Below are positions 35,024 to 40,421 of a stretch of 40,421 bases of DNA, in pieces (position 1 is the first letter of the stretch; each line of letters begins with the position of its first letter). Source of the stretch: a virus (taxonomy: Duplodnaviria > Caudoviricetes); the IMG/VR virus record IMGVR_UViG_3300032135_000023, positions 1 to 40,421 of that record; one strand, 5' to 3'. The position numbers were made by a program, and so were the translations under genes. The notes below the pieces were generated by a model that had not been told where the DNA came from, did no database searches, and saw nothing but the letters and a program-made list of their open reading frames with translations.

Positions 35024-37921
35024 ATGGCGGGCAATCTTGGAACGATCTACTACACAGTGGAGGCCCGCACAGAATCACTTCTGAGTGCAGAGCGTGATGT
35101 TGGCCGGTCTCTTGACTCAATGACAGGAGACTTGAATCGTACCGAGCGCGCGGCGGGCAATCTTAACACGGGCATGTCCAAACTTGCGAAGGCTATCGGC
35201 GCTGTCATAGCGGCGGGCGCTCTCCGGCAAATGGCAACCATGGTTCAGGAATACCAAGAGTACGCAGAGCGCGTGCAAATGGCCACTTCCACGACCGAAG
35301 AATTTGAGATGGTGCAAAAGCGCCTTGTCCAAACGGCCAACGGCACCTATCGCGCCCTCTCCGAAGCTCAAGAGCTTTACATCCGCACGGCAGACGCTCT
35401 TCGCTCCATGGGTTACGAAACCTCAGAAGCGCTGGACGTTCAAGACTCCCTGTCCTATTCTTTTGTGACGAACGCAGCCACGGCGGACAGAGCGCAAGCC
35501 GCTATCAGCGCGTTTAGTAAGTCGGTGAACACAGGCAAGGTAGCCGCTGACCAGTTTGAAACGATACTTATGGCTGTGCCGACCGTCATCGACGACATAG
35601 CGGCTGCCAGTGGTAAGACGGGCGCGGAAGTCCGGGCGCTTGGGGCGGCGGGCAAGTTGACTGCCAGAGACTTGACAGAAGGACTCCGGAAGTCGCTAGA
35701 AGCCAACTCAGCCGCGGCCAGTGAGATGGGGAATACCCTCGTCGACGCTTCTGTGCGGACCAAGAACGCGCTTACCACCGTGCTGGTGGCGATGGAAGAC
35801 CAGTCCGGCGCGCTGGAAACTCTGACGAACGGGATCATCATGGCGTCCGACAAGTTGCTTGAGTTCGGCGGCGATGCGGAAGCGATTGAGAAGGTGCTGG
35901 TGGCAGTGCAATTGGCCGCGGTTTCGACCGCAGCGGTGATAGCTGGCCGGATGGTTGCCGCGCTCACCGCAGGCACAGCCTCTCTGTATGCAAACACGGT
36001 GGCAGCGAGAGCGAAGGCGGCTGCAGACTTGACCGCAGCTCAAACCGGCTCTGTGATGGCAGCTCAGAACCTCATCGCAACCCAGACATCAGCGCAAGCC
36101 GCGGTCGGCCTTTCAACTCACGCGGCAGCAGCCAGAACCTTGACGTTGGCGCAGGCGCAAGCTACAGCAGCCACGGCAACACTATCAGCAGCCCAGCGCG
36201 TCATGGCCAGCACTTCCTCGATGGCAACGGTAGCGGTTGGAGGTTTGCGCACGGCTATGGGCTTCCTAGGTGGTCCTGTGGGCGTTGCTCTTTTGGCAGC
36301 GGGCGCTCTGTATGTATTCCTCAGCAGGGCAAAAGAGGCGCGTCAACCGACGATCGATCTGGCAACCGCGGTCAAGGACTTGACTTCTGCCCAGAGAGAC
36401 TTGGGAGCGCTAGAAACGGCGCGCGCACTAGAAGAAACGAGCGGCAAGTTGGCCTCGCTCTCTGAGGACTACAGCCGGATGGAGCGGTTGATAGACGACG
36501 GGATGGTGAAGCCGAGCAAGAAGCTGGCGGAAGGTCAAGCCAGAGCGCGTGTGGAGATAGAAGCGCTCAACGAAACTCTGAAGACTCAGCGCCAGCGCCT
36601 TCAAGAATTGCGAGACTTCAAGCCAGAGGACAAGCCCCAAGGCGGCGGTACGGACGCGCCGACAACAACGGCAGACGGGCAGAAGGCGCTGGCTTCGATG
36701 CAGCTGCAGCTGGAATTGACCAAGCTGCAGGGCGTAGCGCGCGCGAAATTGGCTGCCTTGCAGAAGTTGGGTGCAGAAGCGACAGACGAAGAGCGTGCAG
36801 AGGCAGAGCGCCTTGCCGCGGAGATTTATAACCTTGAGCAAGCGCAGACAGCCGCGGCCAACGCCACCAAGGAACACTCCAAGGCAAGCGAAGACGCCGC
36901 TACCAAGATGAAAGAGAACGCCAGTTCGCTGATGGAATTCCGGGAGCAGATTTATCAAGTCTCCTTGTCCGCAGAAGAGTTGGCCGCTCGGCAAGCTGAG
37001 CTTTCCTTGAACAAGTATGCCACGCCGGAGCAGATAGCAGAGGTTCGTCAGTTGGCTGTAGAATTGCACAACGCCAGAACCGCAGCCGCAGACTTGGCCT
37101 CCCGGCGAGCGGAGTTTGGAAAAGACCCTGGAGACACGATCAGAGGTGACGTCAATCCGCTGTCGGGCGGTCAATTTGATGACCAATCCGCGCGCTATCA
37201 AGCCGAGGCGGATCAAGAGAAGGAGCGGTACGCCGATCAAATGGCGCGTCTGGCTGAAGCGAAGGCGCTTGAGTTGGAGGTTAAGGGCGGATACTACTCG
37301 CTGGAAGAGCAGATGGCGCAGGAGCACGCGGATCGGATGGGCCAGATCGAGCAAGCCAAGACTCAACTCATGCTTTCATCTGCTGAAGCCGGGTTCGGAG
37401 CCGTCGCCGACACGCTCAAGACAGCATTCGGGGAGCAGAACGGGCTTTACAAGGCCGCGTTTATAGCTCAGAAAGCCTTCGCCGTGGCGCAATCCATCAT
37501 CGCCATACAACAGGGCATAGCGCTCGCCGCCGCAAACCCTTTCCCGGCCAACATAGCCGCTATGGGCGCTGTAGCGGCAGCAACAGCCGGGTTGGTGAGC
37601 AACATAACTTCGGTGTCGATGGGCGCAGGTAAGCGCTATGGCGGGTCGGTTTCTGCAGGCTCAATGCACAGAATCAACGAGAACGGGCGCCCTGAGATCA
37701 TGGAAGCGTCCAACGGAAGTCAATACCTATTGCCGAACACCAGAGGCAAAGTGGTTAGCAACGAGGACTCAATGAAATCGATGAGGACTCAACCTTCCGG
37801 CGGCATGACTAATGTGACGCAGAACATCACGGTCTCCGGTAAAATGGACAATCATACGGCACGGCAATTGGAGTTGGACGCAGCTCGCAGTCAGGCGCGT
37901 GCCAAAGCGAGGTTAGGTTAA
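35024..37921 (+). CDS. tail tape measure protein
   Basis: 965 aa, Ala-rich helical, N-terminal tape-measure domain, GGPVG segment, C-terminal INENGRPE. Confidence 0.92.
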   Translation: MAGNLGTIYYTVEARTESLLSAERDVGRSLDSMTGDLNRTERAAGNLNTGMSKLAKAIGAVIAAGALRQMATMVQEYQEYAERVQMATSTTEEFEMVQKRLVQTANGTYRALSEAQELYIRTADALRSMGYETSEALDVQDSLSYSFVTNAATADRAQAAISAFSKSVNTGKVAADQFETILMAVPTVIDDIAAASGKTGAEVRALGAAGKLTARDLTEGLRKSLEANSAAASEMGNTLVDASVRTKNALTTVLVAMEDQSGALETLTNGIIMASDKLLEFGGDAEAIEKVLVAVQLAAVSTAAVIAGRMVAALTAGTASLYANTVAARAKAAADLTAAQTGSVMAAQNLIATQTSAQAAVGLSTHAAAARTLTLAQAQATAATATLSAAQRVMASTSSMATVAVGGLRTAMGFLGGPVGVALLAAGALYVFLSRAKEARQPTIDLATAVKDLTSAQRDLGALETARALEETSGKLASLSEDYSRMERLIDDGMVKPSKKLAEGQARARVEIEALNETLKTQRQRLQELRDFKPEDKPQGGGTDAPTTTADGQKALASMQLQLELTKLQGVARAKLAALQKLGAEATDEERAEAERLAAEIYNLEQAQTAAANATKEHSKASEDAATKMKENASSLMEFREQIYQVSLSAEELAARQAELSLNKYATPEQIAEVRQLAVELHNARTAAADLASRRAEFGKDPGDTIRGDVNPLSGGQFDDQSARYQAEADQEKERYADQMARLAEAKALELEVKGGYYSLEEQMAQEHADRMGQIEQAKTQLMLSSAEAGFGAVADTLKTAFGEQNGLYKAAFIAQKAFAVAQSIIAIQQGIALAAANPFPANIAAMGAVAAATAGLVSNITSVSMGAGKRYGGSVSAGSMHRINENGRPEIMEASNGSQYLLPNTRGKVVSNEDSMKSMRTQPSGGMTNVTQNITVSGKMDNHTARQLELDAARSQARAKARLG

Positions 37922-38520
37922 TGGCTTTCATCGATGCAAGGCTTCTGGAAAAAGTCGCTTATGGCACCTCATACGGCTCTGGATTCAAGACGCAGATCAA
38001 GATGTTGCGAAGTGGCAGGGAGAGTCGCAACGCAGATTGGGCGGTTCCGCGCGGGCGCTTTGCGATCGTGTATGGAAACCTGCAACCGGAAGGTCACGGC
38101 AAGGTGGCCGCGGCCTTTGAAATCTGCAGAGGGCGGTTAAACTCCTTCCGGCTGCAGGACTTGACAGACTACAAAGCAACCCTGCAGCCGCTCGGCGTGG
38201 GCTCTGGCGTGGAGCAGCAATTGCAGTTGCAAAAGAGCTTCCTTTTTGGCGTCAGCCAGGCGTTCAGGCCCATCACAAAGCCGGTGGTTGATTCTGTGCA
38301 GGTTTTCGAGGATAATGTATTGGTTGCCGCGGTGGTTGATCACCTGACTGGCATCGTCACTATAACCGCAACGCCGGGGTCAACGCTCACTTGGAGCGGC
38401 GAGTTCGATAAAGTTGTCAGGTTTGATGAAGACGAATTACAATTTTCGATAGACAGCAGAGCAGGAGGCACAATCCCGCTGTTGTCAACCGACGTTTCTC
38501 TTCGTGAGGTGTTTGAGTGA
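37921..38520 (+). CDS. distal tail protein (DUF2460/TIGR02217-like)
   Basis: SGRE.RNA.W, GR..SFR..D..DY, GEFD..VRFD.D. Confidence 0.85.
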   Translation: MAFIDARLLEKVAYGTSYGSGFKTQIKMLRSGRESRNADWAVPRGRFAIVYGNLQPEGHGKVAAAFEICRGRLNSFRLQDLTDYKATLQPLGVGSGVEQQLQLQKSFLFGVSQAFRPITKPVVDSVQVFEDNVLVAAVVDHLTGIVTITATPGSTLTWSGEFDKVVRFDEDELQFSIDSRAGGTIPLLSTDVSLREVFE

Positions 38521-39434
38521 GCAGAAATATCCCAGCAGCCCTGAGAGCTCACCTTCAGCAGCCGTCCAAGACCACGTGCCGTTTGCTGAAGATAACACTG
38601 AAAGACGGGCGCGGTTTCGGCTTGGCTAGCCACGACCTGCCTCTGAGCTATGAAGGCGTCGAATATTCGGCCATCAACGGTTTTGATCCCTCGATCATCG
38701 CCACAGACACGGGCCTGTCAGTCGATAACGCCGAAGCGTATGCGCTGCTATCGGCTGACGTACCGGGCATCACCGTTGAGATGGTCGCAGCGGGCGAGCT
38801 TGACGACGCGCAGTGGCAGATGACGCTGATCAATTGGGCGGATCTGTCTATGGGTCACATGATCGTGGATGCAGGCGACGTGGGCGAGGTGAATACAGAG
38901 GACGGCGTAGTGTGGATGCCTGAGCTTTTGTCCTACGCCATGCGCCTTCGCCAGCCGATCGGGCATTTCTGGTCGCGCAATTGCCGGGCCACGTTTGGCT
39001 CTGACCCGAACGGTCAAACCGGATGCGGCGTTGATGCGGTTGCGTTGTTTCAATCGGGGTCAGTGACCAGCGTAGGCGATGAGCCTTTCCGTGTCTTTGC
39101 TGATTCCAGCTTGGTCATCGACCCTGTGCCAAACACCGCCAGAGTGCAGTGGCTCACAGGGTCGAACGCAGGGCAGCGGTTGTATCAGGTCGAAGGCTAT
39201 GGCCCGCTGACCGGCACTGTCGCACTGGTGGAGCCTACCCCGTTTGAGATTGTCGCTGGGCATACATTTCGCATTCGCCCTGACTGCGACAAGACGCCAG
39301 CTACCTGCGCCGCGTATGGGAACTTTCTGAACTACAAAGGGGAGCCTCTGATCCCGGTCGGCGAAGGCACGGCTGTTCTGTCACCGCAGGCCAGTATTCC
39401 GGGCGGCTTCCAAGGCAGTGAGGTGATCGAATGA
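38517..39434 (+). CDS. tail hub protein (DUF2163/BR0599-like)
   Basis: CRATFG...CG, CDKT..TC..YGN.LNYKGEP. Confidence 0.85.
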   Translation: MSRNIPAALRAHLQQPSKTTCRLLKITLKDGRGFGLASHDLPLSYEGVEYSAINGFDPSIIATDTGLSVDNAEAYALLSADVPGITVEMVAAGELDDAQWQMTLINWADLSMGHMIVDAGDVGEVNTEDGVVWMPELLSYAMRLRQPIGHFWSRNCRATFGSDPNGQTGCGVDAVALFQSGSVTSVGDEPFRVFADSSLVIDPVPNTARVQWLTGSNAGQRLYQVEGYGPLTGTVALVEPTPFEIVAGHTFRIRPDCDKTPATCAAYGNFLNYKGEPLIPVGEGTAVLSPQASIPGGFQGSEVIE

Positions 39435-39844
39435 AAGCCCAGCTATGCGTTGCAGAGGCGCGCAAGTGGATAGGGACCAAGTGGCGGCATCGTGGGCGTA
39501 ATGCTTTCGGGATTGATTGCATCGGCCTGGTCATACATGCCGTGGCTGCTGGCGGAATTGTCATGCGTGATCGGCGAGATTATGGCCGAGAGCCTTGGCG
39601 CGATGGATTGCAGCGCGAGCTTGACGAGCACTTTGGCGTGCCGGTTGTCGGCGTGCAGGTTGGCGATGTCGTACTGATGAAATGGCACAACCAGGCAGGC
39701 CCGGCGCATGTCGGAATCATCGGCGACTATTGCCACGGCGGACTGTCGCTGATCCATTCCTATTCGATGACCGCTGTGTGTGAGCATCGAATTGATGACG
39801 AATGGCGCGCACGGATTGTGGGGGTATATCGCCCATGGCAGTGA
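39431..39844 (+). CDS. NlpC/P60 tail-associated peptidase
   Basis: ARKWIGT.W.H.GR..GIDCIGL, GDVVL, HVGI, IHS. Confidence 0.9.
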   Translation: MKAQLCVAEARKWIGTKWRHRGRNAFGIDCIGLVIHAVAAGGIVMRDRRDYGREPWRDGLQRELDEHFGVPVVGVQVGDVVLMKWHNQAGPAHVGIIGDYCHGGLSLIHSYSMTAVCEHRIDDEWRARIVGVYRPWQ

Positions 39845-40421
39845 TCGCAGTTGCAGCCGTTTCTGTTGTCGGTATGGCGCTGTATGCGCTGACCCGGCCT
39901 ATGGAAACGCCAACACAGAAGCTTGGAGATATTGCACAGCAAACCGCCAAGGAAGGTGAGCCGCGCCAGATCGTCTTCGGCATTGTCCGGCCCATCGGCG
40001 GCAATATCGTTGCCGTGCAGGAGCCGCCACGGATTGAGCGCCGCAAGCAGAAATCAGGCGGCAAGGGCGGCGGCGGCAGCAAAAGCACAGTCGAAGTGCC
40101 TCGCAGGACTTACGCGGTCGGGATATGCGAAGGACCTGTAACAGGAATTCGCCGGGCATGGCGTAACAATAAACTGGTTTATGACGCCAGAGGGACAGAT
40201 TGGGGCGCGAAGAATAACGGAACATTCCTTGCCCGCTTCCAGTTTTATCTTGGCGACTTTGAGCAACTGCCATCGCCAAACTTGGAAGCGGTTTTCGGAG
40301 TCGGTCAGGTTCCAGCAATGCGCGGCACATGCTACATGGTCGCCAAGGATGAGGACTTGCAGGACACAGGCGGCGCGTTGCCTCAGTGGATATTTGAGGT
40401 TGAGCGGGCTTATGGGTATGG
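39835..40421 (+). CDS. tail tip/host-specificity protein, truncated at the window end (not in the ORF track)
   Basis: open frame from the ATG at 39835: MAVIAVAAV...EGEPRQIVFG..RPIGGNI...SGGKGGG...YAVGICEGP..GIRRAW. Confidence 0.85.
   Translation, partial: MAVIAVAAVSVVGMALYALTRPMETPTQKLGDIAQQTAKEGEPRQIVFGIVRPIGGNIVAVQEPPRIERRKQKSGGKGGGGSKSTVEVPRRTYAVGICEGPVTGIRRAWRNNKLVYDARGTDWGAKNNGTFLARFQFYLGDFEQLPSPNLEAVFGVGQVPAMRGTCYMVAKDEDLQDTGGALPQWIFEVERAYGY

Noticed and set aside
36428-37366. Long antisense ORFs (also 33737-34504, 29386-30105, 20145-20921, 790-1512)
   Set aside because: Shadows of well-supported genes on the opposite strand in GC-rich DNA; no recognisable motifs
1-40421. Apparent abundance of CCGCGG and retention of common restriction sites such as GAATTC and GATC
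   Set aside because: Cannot be separated from GC content and Ala codon usage without a k-mer observed/expected calculation

Overview
Most of the genome of a tailed dsDNA phage with siphovirus-type tail genes. The host is probably a gammaproteobacterium, possibly Pseudomonas-like (inference). No integrase or CI-type repressor is recognisable in the window, so it is probably lytic. Layout: (1) lysis cassette on + (two holin-like proteins, lambda-R-type endolysin, Rz with embedded Rz1; 197-1880). (2) A long leftward early/middle arm (1883-19105) cut into four units by near-identical TTGCTT-N17-GATAAT promoters, each paired with a TTATTTTGCAAAATAA-type palindrome. It holds small hypothetical genes, a GHKL ATPase, an SNF2-type helicase, a nuclease, a DnaE (Pol III alpha) polymerase, a DnaQ-like exonuclease and an unusual enzyme cluster (Glf-like flavoprotein, divergent ThyX, HAD phosphatase/NTP-pyrophosphatase-like fusion, SDR, VOC protein). 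(3) A rightward recombination/replication unit (RdgC, putative SSB/annealing protein, RepB-type primase, helicase) followed by a probable origin. (4) Packaging, head and tail genes to the window end, where the tail-tip gene is truncated. The top candidate for a new system is the enzyme cluster at 11292-15148, co-transcribed with the polymerase, which looks like a pathway for a non-canonical DNA pyrimidine. All product calls come from motif recognition by eye; no searches were run.
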